A stretch of 32,000 nucleotides of DNA from Mycolicibacterium smegmatis (GTDB taxonomy: Bacteria; Actinomycetota; Actinomycetes; Mycobacteriales; Mycobacteriaceae): the NCBI RefSeq assembly GCF_001457595.1, contig NZ_LN831039.1, positions 600,001 to 632,000 on the forward strand, in the 5' to 3' direction. This document shows positions 8,951 through 17,464 of the stretch, one piece after another. The notes under the pieces are model-generated. The model saw only the letters and a list, made by a program, of their open reading frames with translations, was not told the DNA's origin and did no database searches. The translations under genes and the position numbers were made by a program. Numbering within the stretch: the stretch's first letter is position 1; each line of letters begins with the position of its first letter.

Positions 8951-9720
8951 CTGCGCTTGCGCACCAGTCGCGCCTCGAAGATCCCGAACAGCGAGTCGGT
9001 GAGCTTGCCCAGCCCGGCCAAAAGCCCGATGGCCAACAGCATGATGTCGGTGCGCCCGGTGTTCTGGCTGTCGATGAGCATGAAGCCCAAGCCCTTCGAC
9101 GACGCGATCAGCTCGGCGGCGACCAGGAACAGCCACGCGTTGGCGAGTCCGAGTCGCAGGCCGTTCACCAGAGCGGGTGCCGCCGCGGGCAGCATCACCG
9201 TGGTCACCAGAGCCGCACCGCGACGTCCGTAGGCACGACCCACCTCGAGAAGCTGGGCGTCCACGTGTGAGAGGGCCGACGCCGTCGTCGTGTAGATCGG
9301 GAAGAACGCGCCGATCGCGACAAGCGTGACCTTCGGCGTCTCACCGATGCCGAACCACAACAGCAGCAACGGAACCCACGCCAGCGACGGCACCGTGCGC
9401 AACGCCGCGACCGTCGGCGCGAACAAGCGGCGCACAGTGGCCGACAGGCCGATCAGCGATCCGAGGACCAGTGCGACGGCCGCGCCCGCGAGATAGCCGG
9501 CGAACACACGCGACACACTGGTCTGCAGATGCGTCCACAGGTCGCCGCGACGCAACAACTCGCCGAGCGCCTCGAGCACGTCCCCGGGCGGGGGCAGCTG
9601 ACTGGGGGAGAACGCCCCGCTCTTGGCGACCAGATGCCAGATCACCAGCAGCGCCACCGGAACGATCAAGCCCACCACGAACAGTGAGAGCTTGTTCAGC
9701 AGCGCTGCGCGGATTCTCAG
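8947..9720 (-). CDS. ABC transporter permease, SsuC-like (aliphatic sulfonate type)
   Basis: LPSLAWVPLLLLWFGIGETPKVTLVAIGAFFPIYTTT and LANAWLFLVAAELIASSKGLGFMLIDSQNTGRTDIM. Start uncertain (near-cognate CTG at 9720 or GTG at 9678). Confidence 0.88.
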   Translation of the reverse strand: MRIRAALLNKLSLFVVGLIVPVALLVIWHLVAKSGAFSPSQLPPPGDVLEALGELLRRGDLWTHLQTSVSRVFAGYLAGAAVALVLGSLIGLSATVRRLFAPTVAALRTVPSLAWVPLLLLWFGIGETPKVTLVAIGAFFPIYTTTASALSHVDAQLLEVGRAYGRRGAALVTTVMLPAAAPALVNGLRLGLANAWLFLVAAELIASSKGLGFMLIDSQNTGRTDIMLLAIGLLAGLGKLTDSLFGIFEARLVRKRS

Positions 9721-10685
9721 TCCGCGTTCTGCGCGAACTGCGGATCCAGCAGCGTCCCCAGCGCCTCCTGGGCGGCCTGCTCGGATTTGATGTCTCCGTC
9801 GGCCACCGCGATCGGAACGATCTTCTCCAGCACGGTCTTCTGCGCCGCCCCCGGCACCGGGTCGATGTCCAGAGCCGTCCGCTCCATCTCCTCCTCGGCC
9901 ACCGACTGGCTGATCTTCGCTTCCTGCGCCAGCAGCGTCGTCAGTTCGGCTGGGTGCTCCAGCGCCCATTTGCGGGCCTCCTCATAGCTGTTCACCACCG
10001 CCTGGACGGTGTCGGGATGCGCTGCGCTGAAGTCCTCGCGAACATTGAGCACCCCATAGGAATTGAACTCGGGATTGCGGTACAGCAGGCGGGCGCCCTG
10101 CTCCTGGACGGTCTGCGCCATGAACGGGTCCAGACCGGACCACGCGTCGACGTCACCGCGCTCGAGCGCCGTCTTGCCGTCCGCGTGCTGCAGATTCACG
10201 ATCTCGACGTCGCTTGCCGAAAGACCGTTCGCATCGAGGGCCTGCAGCAGGAAGAAGTACGGATCGGTGCCCTTGGTCACCGCGATCTTCTTGCCCTTGA
10301 GGTCGGCCACCGACTTGACCGGTGAATCCTTGGCGACCACCAGTGCGGTCCATTCCGGCTGGCTGTAGACGTCGACCACCTTCAGCGGGGTGCCGTTGGC
10401 GCGGGCGACCAGCGCCGCCGAGCCCGCTGTCGACCCGAAGTCCAGCGCGTTCGAGCGCACTCCCTCGTTGGCCTTGTTGCTGCCCGCGGACAAGATCCAG
10501 GTGACGTTGTACCCCTGGTTCTCCAGCAGCTTCTGGTCACGCACGACCAGGCTCAACGGGTTGTAGTAGGCGTAGTCGAGCCGGATGTCCTTGTCCGACG
10601 ACTCACTGCCCTCGGAACTGCAGGCGGCCGAGGTCGCGGCGAGGGCGACGGCCGTCAGCAATGTGGCCAAGTGACGAATTCTCAT
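9717..10685 (-). CDS. ABC transporter substrate-binding lipoprotein, SsuA-like
   Basis: Lipoprotein signal MRIRHLATLLTAVALAATSAAC; RLDYAYYNPLSLVVRDQKLLE..., VKSVADLKGKKIAVTKGTDPYFFLLQALDANGLSASDVEIVNL, ERGDVDAWSGLDPF. Confidence 0.9.
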   Translation of the reverse strand: MRIRHLATLLTAVALAATSAACSSEGSESSDKDIRLDYAYYNPLSLVVRDQKLLENQGYNVTWILSAGSNKANEGVRSNALDFGSTAGSAALVARANGTPLKVVDVYSQPEWTALVVAKDSPVKSVADLKGKKIAVTKGTDPYFFLLQALDANGLSASDVEIVNLQHADGKTALERGDVDAWSGLDPFMAQTVQEQGARLLYRNPEFNSYGVLNVREDFSAAHPDTVQAVVNSYEEARKWALEHPAELTTLLAQEAKISQSVAEEEMERTALDIDPVPGAAQKTVLEKIVPIAVADGDIKSEQAAQEALGTLLDPQFAQNAD

Positions 10686-10733
10686 GTGTATTCCGCTTTC
10701 TCGGGCAGTGCGGCCTGGTTGTCCGGCCTGATG

Positions 10734-11516
10734 TCAGGTGGCTTCGGGTGCGGTGCGGGGGACGCCGAGTTCGTCGAGCAGCAGGTCGCGCAACTCGATG
10801 ACGCGTGGGTCACCGCGGTCGCGCGGCTTGGGGATGGTCACATCGAACGACGCGGCCAGGCCCGCGGTGCCGTCGTTGTCGGCGCGCAGGAGCAGGACTC
10901 GGTCGGCGAGGATCACGGCCTCCTCGACATCGTGGGTCACGAGAATCGTGGTGGTGCCGGCTTCCTGCTGGACCTTGTCGAGCAGCATCTGCATCTGCAG
11001 CCGGGTGAGGGCGTCGAGTGCGGCCAGCGGTTCGTCGAGCAGCAGTACACGCGGACGCCGGGCCAGTGCGCGCGCCAGGCCTGCGCGCTGGGCCATGCCG
11101 CCGGAGACCTGCCGCGGACGGTGGTCGGCGAACTCCTGCAGGCCGACGACCTCGAGCCAGTGGCGCACTGTCTCGGCGCCTTCGGTTCGGCTCGTACCCC
11201 GAGGCAGCCCGTAGGCGACGTTGCCGGCCAGTGAGCGCCATGGGAACAACCGTGGTTCCTGGAACACGATGGCGCAGCGCGGATCGGTCTCGCGGATGGC
11301 GTCGCCGTCGATCTCGATGAGGCCTTCGGTGGGTAGGTCGAGGCCCGCGATGAGGCGCAGCAACGTCGATTTCCCGCTGCCCGACGATCCGAGCAGCGCG
11401 ATGACCTCGCCCGGTTCGATCTCCAGGTCGATGTCACGCAACACCGTGTGTGTCCCGAAAGTCCGGCCCACGTTGCGCACCGAAACTCGTGCCGGCGCCA
11501 GGTCGGTCGAAGTCAC
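10734..11516 (-). CDS. ABC transporter ATP-binding protein, SsuB-like
   Basis: LLGSSGSGKSTLLR (Walker A), QEPRLFPWRSLAGNVAYGL, SGGMAQRAGLARAL, VLLLDEPLAALD, TTILVTHDVEEA. Confidence 0.93.
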   Translation of the reverse strand: MTSTDLAPARVSVRNVGRTFGTHTVLRDIDLEIEPGEVIALLGSSGSGKSTLLRLIAGLDLPTEGLIEIDGDAIRETDPRCAIVFQEPRLFPWRSLAGNVAYGLPRGTSRTEGAETVRHWLEVVGLQEFADHRPRQVSGGMAQRAGLARALARRPRVLLLDEPLAALDALTRLQMQMLLDKVQQEAGTTTILVTHDVEEAVILADRVLLLRADNDGTAGLAASFDVTIPKPRDRGDPRVIELRDLLLDELGVPRTAPEAT

Positions 11517-11604
11517 CCGCGCAGGCTAGAGGCACCTCCGATCAAGGTCAAGATTTTTGCTACGGGAAATTTTCTGGTTTGCGCGGATTGCTACCGTCGG
11601 ATCC

Positions 11605-12099
11605 ATGGCAGCCGATCGAGGGCCCCGCACGCACCGCTACGAGGTCGAGGTGACCTGGACCGGCAACACCGGATCGGGGACGAGCGGATACCGCGCGTTC
11701 GAGCGTGACCACGAGGTCGCCGGGGTGGGTGTCACCGGCAAGCCGGTGATCGCCGGCAGCTCGGATCCGGCGTTCCGCGGCAAGGAACAGCGCTGGAATC
11801 CCGAAGAGCTTCTGGTGGCGAGCCTGTCGCAGTGCCACATGCTCTGGTACCTCGCGTTGTGTGCGCAGGCGGGGATCGTGGTGACGGCGTACCGCGACCG
11901 TCCCGCCGGGACGATGACCGAAAGCTCGGGCGGCAGTGGTGCATTCGTCGACGTGACGCTGCACCCCGAGGTCACGCTGGCCGACGGCTCGCGACGCGAG
12001 GACGCCGCTGCGCTGCACGAGAAGGCCCACGAGATGTGCTTCATCGCCAACTCGGTCAACTTCCCGGTGCGCGCCGAACCGGAATTCATCGTCGACTGA
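11605..12099 (+). CDS. OsmC family protein (peroxiredoxin-like)
   Basis: FRGKEQRWNPEELLVASLSQCHMLWYLALCAQAGIVVTAY and ALHEKAHEMCFIANSVNFPVRAEP, with both conserved Cys regions. ATG 11605 preferred. Confidence 0.88.
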   Translation: MAADRGPRTHRYEVEVTWTGNTGSGTSGYRAFERDHEVAGVGVTGKPVIAGSSDPAFRGKEQRWNPEELLVASLSQCHMLWYLALCAQAGIVVTAYRDRPAGTMTESSGGSGAFVDVTLHPEVTLADGSRREDAAALHEKAHEMCFIANSVNFPVRAEPEFIVD

Positions 12100-12166
12100 T
12101 CGCATCAGGATCGGGCTGAGTTTTACTCTCCCCAACCTCCGGCGTCCCGGCATAGCCTCGCCGCTC

Positions 12167-13519
12167 GTGACTTCACCAGCCTTCACGCGCCGTCGGGCGC
12201 TGCAACTGCTCGGACTGGCCGGCGGCGCGGCCATGCTCGCTCCGGCCCTGGCGGCCTGCGGGTCCTCCGGTGGCAACAGCGCGCTCGCCGCCGACGCGCC
12301 CGTATCGGGCCGATTCGAAGGCGTCACGCTCAAGCTGCTGGTCAACCAGCCACACGTGACGTCGTTCCGCGACGTTCTGGCCCCGGCGTGGCAGGAGGCG
12401 ACCGGCGGCACCCTCGATGTCACCGCGGCGCCCTACGACCAGCTCACCAGCAAGCAGATTCTCGACGTCCAAAGCGGGACCGGTGAATTCGACGTCTTCG
12501 ACTACTTCTACTTCGGTCTCGGTGACCTCGTGGATGCCGATGCGCTCGTGGAGCTCACCGACTGGATCGACAACCGCCAGGGCGAACTGGACGTCAGCGG
12601 CTACCTGAAGTCGATCTACGATCCGTACACCCTGCTCGACGGCAAACGCTACGGCCTGCCCTACGACGGTGACATCCACATCCTGTTCTACAACGCCGAA
12701 CTGTTCGACCGCTACAAGGTCGAACCTCCCACGACGTGGGACGAGTACGACGAGGTGGCCGCCAAGATCACCAAGGACGCACGCGGAACGGCGTACGGCG
12801 CGATCGTCTCCGGCCAGCAGGTGCCCATGATCCTGGGCTGCTCCTACATCAACCGGCTGACGGGCTACGGCGGAAACCTGTTCGACGAGAACGGGAAACC
12901 GGCACTGACGTCCGACGCCTCGATCGCGGCGCTCGAGCATCTCGTCGCGGTGACCCCCGCCGCTTTGCCCACCCCGCTGCAGATCGGTTTCGACCAGGCC
13001 AACACCGCGTTCCTCAGCGGGCAGGGCGCCATGCTGGACACCTGGACCGACATGGCCTTGCGCGCGGAAGATCCGACCGCATCGAAGATCGCGGGACGCT
13101 GGGGCGCGGTCTCACTGCCCGTAGGTGGCGCCAACACCACACCGCGAACGGCGCTCGATGCCGGCTTCGGCCTCGGGATCTCCACGGCGTCCGAGAACAC
13201 CGACGCCGCTGCGGCATTCATCGCATGGGCCACCGCCGCCCCGCAGAACCTCGCCGTGTCCTCGACGGCCGGTGCGGGCATCGATCCGGTGCGCGGCGAG
13301 GTGCTCGACTCCGACGGCTACGCCAAGGTGGTCACCAATGCCGTCGCCCCGATCCGGCAGGGGCTGGGCGGTGACCCGCTGGTGTGGCCCAAGCAGGCCG
13401 GTGCGCCGAAGCTGTTGCAGGACCTCGTGGATCAGCTTGCGCTTGCCATCGCAGGCACGCAGACCGTCGAGCAGTCGCTGGAGCAGGCGCAGGCGAGCTG
13501 GGACAGCGCCTCGTCATGA
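12167..13519 (+). CDS. Extracellular solute-binding lipoprotein of sugar-type ABC importer, probable Tat-exported
   Basis: N-terminus TRRRALQLLGLAGGAAMLAPALAAC combines a twin-arginine-like motif and lipobox; YDGDIHILFYNAELFDRY; AFLSGQGAMLDTWTD. Confidence 0.92.
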   Translation: MTSPAFTRRRALQLLGLAGGAAMLAPALAACGSSGGNSALAADAPVSGRFEGVTLKLLVNQPHVTSFRDVLAPAWQEATGGTLDVTAAPYDQLTSKQILDVQSGTGEFDVFDYFYFGLGDLVDADALVELTDWIDNRQGELDVSGYLKSIYDPYTLLDGKRYGLPYDGDIHILFYNAELFDRYKVEPPTTWDEYDEVAAKITKDARGTAYGAIVSGQQVPMILGCSYINRLTGYGGNLFDENGKPALTSDASIAALEHLVAVTPAALPTPLQIGFDQANTAFLSGQGAMLDTWTDMALRAEDPTASKIAGRWGAVSLPVGGANTTPRTALDAGFGLGISTASENTDAAAAFIAWATAAPQNLAVSSTAGAGIDPVRGEVLDSDGYAKVVTNAVAPIRQGLGGDPLVWPKQAGAPKLLQDLVDQLALAIAGTQTVEQSLEQAQASWDSASS

Positions 13520-14385
13520 GCAAGCGGGTTCCGCTGTGGTTGGCGGTACCGGCGATGGCGGGGCTCGCGCTGTTCCTGGTGTACCCGATGGGGTACCTGG
13601 TGGCCTTGGCGCTGACGAAATCGTCGTTGGCCAAACCGCTTCGCGGTTTCGTCGGAGGCGACAACTTCACCGCCGCGTTCGCCTCGCCCGCGTTCACGCC
13701 GTCTCTGGTGCGGTCATCGGTATTCGCCGTCGTCGCGGCGATCGTGACCACGACCCTGGGACTGGCCATCGCACTGTTGTTGCGCCAGAAGGGGTCCCGG
13801 TTCGGGATCATCGGTGCGCTGTTCTTGCTGCCGCTGGTCACCGCGCCGGTGCTGGTCGGGGTGGCGTGGAAACTGCTGCTGGCGCCGGTGGGCGGAGGTC
13901 TGGCAGGGGTCTTCGACAGTGTGGGCCTGCACGGCTTCAATCCACTGGGTTCGGGCACCGGTGCGTTCGTGGTGCTCCTGCTCATCCACATCTGGCAGTG
14001 GACACCGTTCGCCGTACTGATCGCGTTCGCTGCGCTCGGCGTCGTGCGCCCGGAACTCCTCGAGTCCGCACGGATCGACGGCGCCAACTCGTGGCGCACC
14101 TTCACGACGGTGACCTGGCCTGCGATCGCCCCGACGCTCCTGGCCGTGGTGCTGCTGGAACTCGTGATCGGGTACAAGGTGTTCGACCTCATCGTGGTGG
14201 TCACCGCGGGCGGACCGGGATTCTCGACGTCGCTGTCGCCGTACGTGATCTACCAGACCGGATTGCGCGGCAGTTTCGACATGGGCACCGCGGCCGCCCA
14301 GACCCTGGTGTTCGGACTCGTCGTCGGCGCGGTCTCCACCGTCGTCACGACGCTGCGAGCACGCGCACTGAAGGGTGACGGATGA
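13516..14385 (+). CDS. Sugar-type ABC transporter permease (MalF/UgpA-like)
   Basis: MSKRVPLWLAVPAMAGLALFLVYPMGYLV... and ESARIDGANSWRTFTTVTWPAIAPTLLAV (EAA loop). ATGA overlap with upstream stop. Confidence 0.92.
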   Translation: MSKRVPLWLAVPAMAGLALFLVYPMGYLVALALTKSSLAKPLRGFVGGDNFTAAFASPAFTPSLVRSSVFAVVAAIVTTTLGLAIALLLRQKGSRFGIIGALFLLPLVTAPVLVGVAWKLLLAPVGGGLAGVFDSVGLHGFNPLGSGTGAFVVLLLIHIWQWTPFAVLIAFAALGVVRPELLESARIDGANSWRTFTTVTWPAIAPTLLAVVLLELVIGYKVFDLIVVVTAGGPGFSTSLSPYVIYQTGLRGSFDMGTAAAQTLVFGLVVGAVSTVVTTLRARALKGDG

Positions 14386-15173
14386 AAGCCCGTGCTGCGC
14401 TGGTATTCGCTGTCCTCGTGGCGCTGATGCCCGTCGGCTATCTGGTCTCGCTGGCGCTGAGGCCGGCCGAGGACGTGTTGAACTCCAGCCTGTTTCCGAC
14501 GTCGTTGACGCTGAGCAACTTCGTCAAGGTCTTCGACACCATCGAGCTGGGCACCATGCTGCAGAACTCGTGGGTCGCGGCGGTGGGTGGGGCACTGCTC
14601 GCGGTGTTGATCGCCGCTCCCGCGGCATATTTCACGGCGCGCCACACCCGAGGCGAACGTCTGCTGACGGTGCTGCTGGCGAGCTATTGCGCACCGCCGA
14701 TCGTCGCGATCATCCCGCTGTTCTTCCTGCTGCGCCACGTGGGCCTCACCAACAACCTGGCCGGGCTGATCCTCGTGAACGGAATCGCCAACGTCCCGGT
14801 CGCGGTCTGGCTGCTCGACGGCTTCGTCCGACGGATCCCCATCGAGATCGACGAGGCGGCAGTGATCGACGGTCTGTCGGTGGCCGCGGCCTTCCGCAAG
14901 ATCATCCTGCCGCTGCTGTGGCCCGGCATCGTCGCGGCGCTACTCGTCGCCTTCTTCCTGAGCTACAACGACTTTCTGTTCGCCGTCTATCTCGCCGTGA
15001 CCAAGGAGAGCCAGACCCTGACCGTCGGTCTGTCGCTGTTCCAGGGCGACCGCAACGTGCAGTTCGGCCAGCAGGCCGCCGCCGGACTGCTCGGCCTGGC
15101 GCCGGTCTACGTACTCGCGCTCGCCGCGCAGCGTCACCTCGTCGGCGGCCTCACCACAGGAGCCACCAAGTGA
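14382..15173 (+). CDS. Sugar-type ABC transporter permease (MalG/UgpE-like)
   Basis: RRIPIEIDEAAVIDGLSVAAAFRKIILPLLWPGIVAALLVAFFLSYNDFLFA EAA loop. Overlaps upstream stop. Confidence 0.92.
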   Translation: MKARAALVFAVLVALMPVGYLVSLALRPAEDVLNSSLFPTSLTLSNFVKVFDTIELGTMLQNSWVAAVGGALLAVLIAAPAAYFTARHTRGERLLTVLLASYCAPPIVAIIPLFFLLRHVGLTNNLAGLILVNGIANVPVAVWLLDGFVRRIPIEIDEAAVIDGLSVAAAFRKIILPLLWPGIVAALLVAFFLSYNDFLFAVYLAVTKESQTLTVGLSLFQGDRNVQFGQQAAAGLLGLAPVYVLALAAQRHLVGGLTTGATK

Positions 15174-16225
15174 GCACCATCGAACTCAGCGGAATCACCA
15201 AGACCTACGGCGGCAGCGCCGTGGTCGACGGGCTGGACCTGACCCTGCGTGACGGCACGCTGACGGTGCTCGTCGGCCCTTCGGGCTGTGGGAAATCGAC
15301 CACCCTGCGCATCGTCGCCGGCCTGGAGACCGCCGACAAGGGTGCGGTGCGCATCGCCGGCCGTGACGTCACGAGTGCCACCCCGCGCGAACGCGACGTC
15401 GCGATGGTCTTCCAGAACTACGCCCTGTACCCGCATCTGACGGTCGCGGGCAATGTCGGTTTTCCGTTGAGGAACAGCGGAGTGGCCAAAACCGAAGTGG
15501 AGCAACGCGTTGCCCAGGCGGCCGAACGTGTGGGGATCACCGCGCTGTTGGACCGCAGGCCGCGTCAGCTCTCGGGCGGACAGCAGCAACGCGTGGCCAT
15601 CGCACGCGCCCTGGTGCGGACGCCTTCGGTGTTCCTGTTCGACGAGCCGTTGAGCAATCTGGACGCCAAGCTGCGTGTCGAACTGCGCTCCGAGATCCGG
15701 CGTCTGCAAACCGAAACGGGCATCACGTCGCTGTACGTCACCCACGACCAGGAAGAGGCGATGACCATCGCCGATCAGCTCGTCGTGCTCGACGCGGGTT
15801 CGATCGCTCAGGTCGGCACGCCCGAGGAGCTCTACCGGCGCCCGGCCAACACGTTTGTCGCCGGGTTCATCGGATCGCCGAGCATGAACCTCGTGCCGGG
15901 ACGGCTGCGGGCGGGTCGATTCGAGGCCGACGGGCTGACCCTGGTGGTTGCGGGCGACGACCGGGACGACGTGACGCTCGGGGTGCGTCCAGAGGATCTT
16001 CTGGTGGCCCCGGATCCCTCCGGCCCGGGCCGTGTGGAGCTGGTCGAGTTGCTCGGCCCGCGCTACGTGCTGATCATCCGGGCGGGTGCGCACCGGCTCA
16101 CCGCGGTCGCCGAGGCCGCCACGGTGTCGGAGTGGGCCGGCGTTCCAGCGGCCGGGGACCCGGTCTCGGTGCAGGCGCGCCCGGGGCGCACGCATCTGTT
16201 CGACAGCACCGGAGCGCGCATCTGA
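15170..16225 (+). CDS. ABC transporter ATP-binding protein (UgpC/MsmK-like)
   Basis: GTG at 15170 starting VSTIELSGITKTYGGSAVVDGL; GPSGCGKSTTLR, LSGGQQQRVAIARAL, FLFDEPLSNLDAKLR, C-terminal TOBE-like domain. The ORF-track extension upstream to 14375 is out-of-frame translation of the permease. Confidence 0.93.
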   Translation: MSTIELSGITKTYGGSAVVDGLDLTLRDGTLTVLVGPSGCGKSTTLRIVAGLETADKGAVRIAGRDVTSATPRERDVAMVFQNYALYPHLTVAGNVGFPLRNSGVAKTEVEQRVAQAAERVGITALLDRRPRQLSGGQQQRVAIARALVRTPSVFLFDEPLSNLDAKLRVELRSEIRRLQTETGITSLYVTHDQEEAMTIADQLVVLDAGSIAQVGTPEELYRRPANTFVAGFIGSPSMNLVPGRLRAGRFEADGLTLVVAGDDRDDVTLGVRPEDLLVAPDPSGPGRVELVELLGPRYVLIIRAGAHRLTAVAEAATVSEWAGVPAAGDPVSVQARPGRTHLFDSTGARI

Positions 16226-16409
16226 CCACGGTTGCTGGGTCCTGCGCGCGTGCAGGGTGTAGATTCGAAGGTAGGCCGCTCTCGTCAGCGTTACACCTCT
16301 GGCGTCCGACGCCTCACCTGACACCCCATCGAACGGCCGGCCTGCGAAATCTTCTTCGCTCGCCCGCAACTACGTGTGTGGGTCGAACCCGCACTTCAAG
16401 GACTTGTTT

Positions 16410-16547
16410 ATGGATACGTCCAACCTGTTTTCACACCCCGAGAAGCACGAGACCATGCCGCCCGAGAAGCGCACGGCCGAGCCGGTCACGGGACCGCTCT
16501 TCTCGGATCGCCCCCACCAACAGCGCGCCGACAAGCGGCCGTCGTGA
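16410..16547 (+). CDS. Hypothetical 45-aa small protein overlapping the start of the DUF5994-like gene
   Basis: AAGGAC seven bases upstream of ATG 16410; MDTSNLFSHPEKHETMPPEKRTAEPVTGPLFSDRPHQQRADKRPS; its TGA (16545-16547) overlaps GTG 16544 of the next gene. Confidence 0.5.
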   Translation: MDTSNLFSHPEKHETMPPEKRTAEPVTGPLFSDRPHQQRADKRPS

Positions 16548-17071
16548 ACGGGCTGGTCGGGTCGCGACGGCTGGCGAGCCCGGTTCGTCTGACCCTGGCC
16601 AAGAGACTGGGGCGCGATATCGACGGGGCCTGGTGGCCTCGCAGCGCGTCGGTCGCCAAGGAACTGCCTGAGCTCGTCGAGGTGCTGCAACGCCCGCTCG
16701 GCGAGATCGTCGACATCAACATCAACTGGTCACCGGGCGAGGGTCAGTTGGACCTCAACACCATCGCCGCGGGCAGCCGGACTCAGGCCGCCTTCAAGCC
16801 GACGCGTCCGCGGGTGATGTCGGTGGCCGGCCGTGCGGAGTGCGTGAAACTCCTCGTCGTTCCCCACATGACGTCCGAAGCTCTCGGTGGCATCGTCATG
16901 CGTTGTGCGGCAGGAATGTTGATCGAGAGCACCGTGCGCAGCACCCCGCTGTACGACACTGCCGTGCGCATCATGGGTGCCGCCCAACAGGAGTCGGCGC
17001 GATGGCTGGGACGCCGTGCTGAAGGCGCGGGGGTTCCGACCGCCAGTGTGGAGTCGCCTGCCGGGGCGTGA
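16544..17071 (+). CDS. DUF5994-like family protein
   Basis: VNGLVGSRRLASPVRLTLAKRLGRDIDGAWWPRSASVAKELPELVEVLQRPLGEIVDININWSPGEGQLDL..., an actinobacterial pattern recalled from family knowledge. Confidence 0.7.
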   Translation: MNGLVGSRRLASPVRLTLAKRLGRDIDGAWWPRSASVAKELPELVEVLQRPLGEIVDININWSPGEGQLDLNTIAAGSRTQAAFKPTRPRVMSVAGRAECVKLLVVPHMTSEALGGIVMRCAAGMLIESTVRSTPLYDTAVRIMGAAQQESARWLGRRAEGAGVPTASVESPAGA

Positions 17072-17095
17072 TCCGGTAGCACAAACAGAAATGGA

Positions 17096-17119
17096 CTGGT
17101 ACGGAAAATTCCGTACCAG
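17096..17119. terminator. Hairpin between convergent DUF5994-like and cold-shock genes, candidate bidirectional terminator
   Basis: CTGGTACGGAA-AA-TTCCGTACCAG, an 11-bp perfect stem, in the gap 17072-17143. No clear U-tract. Confidence 0.65.
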
Positions 17120-17143
17120 CCCACTGTTACGTCTGGGGGTCGA

Positions 17144-17347
17144 TCAGACCGCGGTAACGCCAACTGCCTGGGGGCCCTTGGCACCCTGCGTGATCTCGAA
17201 CTCGACGCGCTGATTCTCCTCGAGCGAGCGGAAACCGCTGCCGCTGATCTCGGAGTAGTGGACGAAGACGTCCGGAGCGCCGCCATCAGGGGCGATGAAG
17301 CCGAAGCCCTTTTCGCCGTTGAACCATTTCACAGTTCCCTGTGCCAT
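17144..17347 (-). CDS. Cold-shock protein (CspA family)
   Basis: 67 aa [52 protein letters not shown] with RNP1/RNP2 motifs. Confidence 0.96.
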   Translation of the reverse strand: MAQGTVKWFNGEKGFGFIAPDGGAPDVFVHYSEISGSGFRSLEENQRVEFEITQGAKGPQAVGVTAV

Positions 17348-17464
17348 ATGTTTACTTCTCTCATTCAATCCGGACGAACCAAAAACGCCGGATCGCCCAC
17401 CCTAGCACATCTCTGGGCAGGAAATGAAAATTATTGAGCCAGTTTGCCTTTCCTATCCCATGCA

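Noticed and set aside
13125-14378. 417-aa + strand ORF spanning the end of the solute-binding protein and the first permease
   Set aside because: Out-of-frame translation with Arg/Pro-rich text. The true frames (12167-13519 and 13516-14385) have transporter motifs.
14375-15169. Upstream part of the 616-aa ORF 14375-16225
   Set aside because: This is the permease read out of frame. ABC ATPase homology begins at GTG 15170, so the extension is not a real N-terminal domain.
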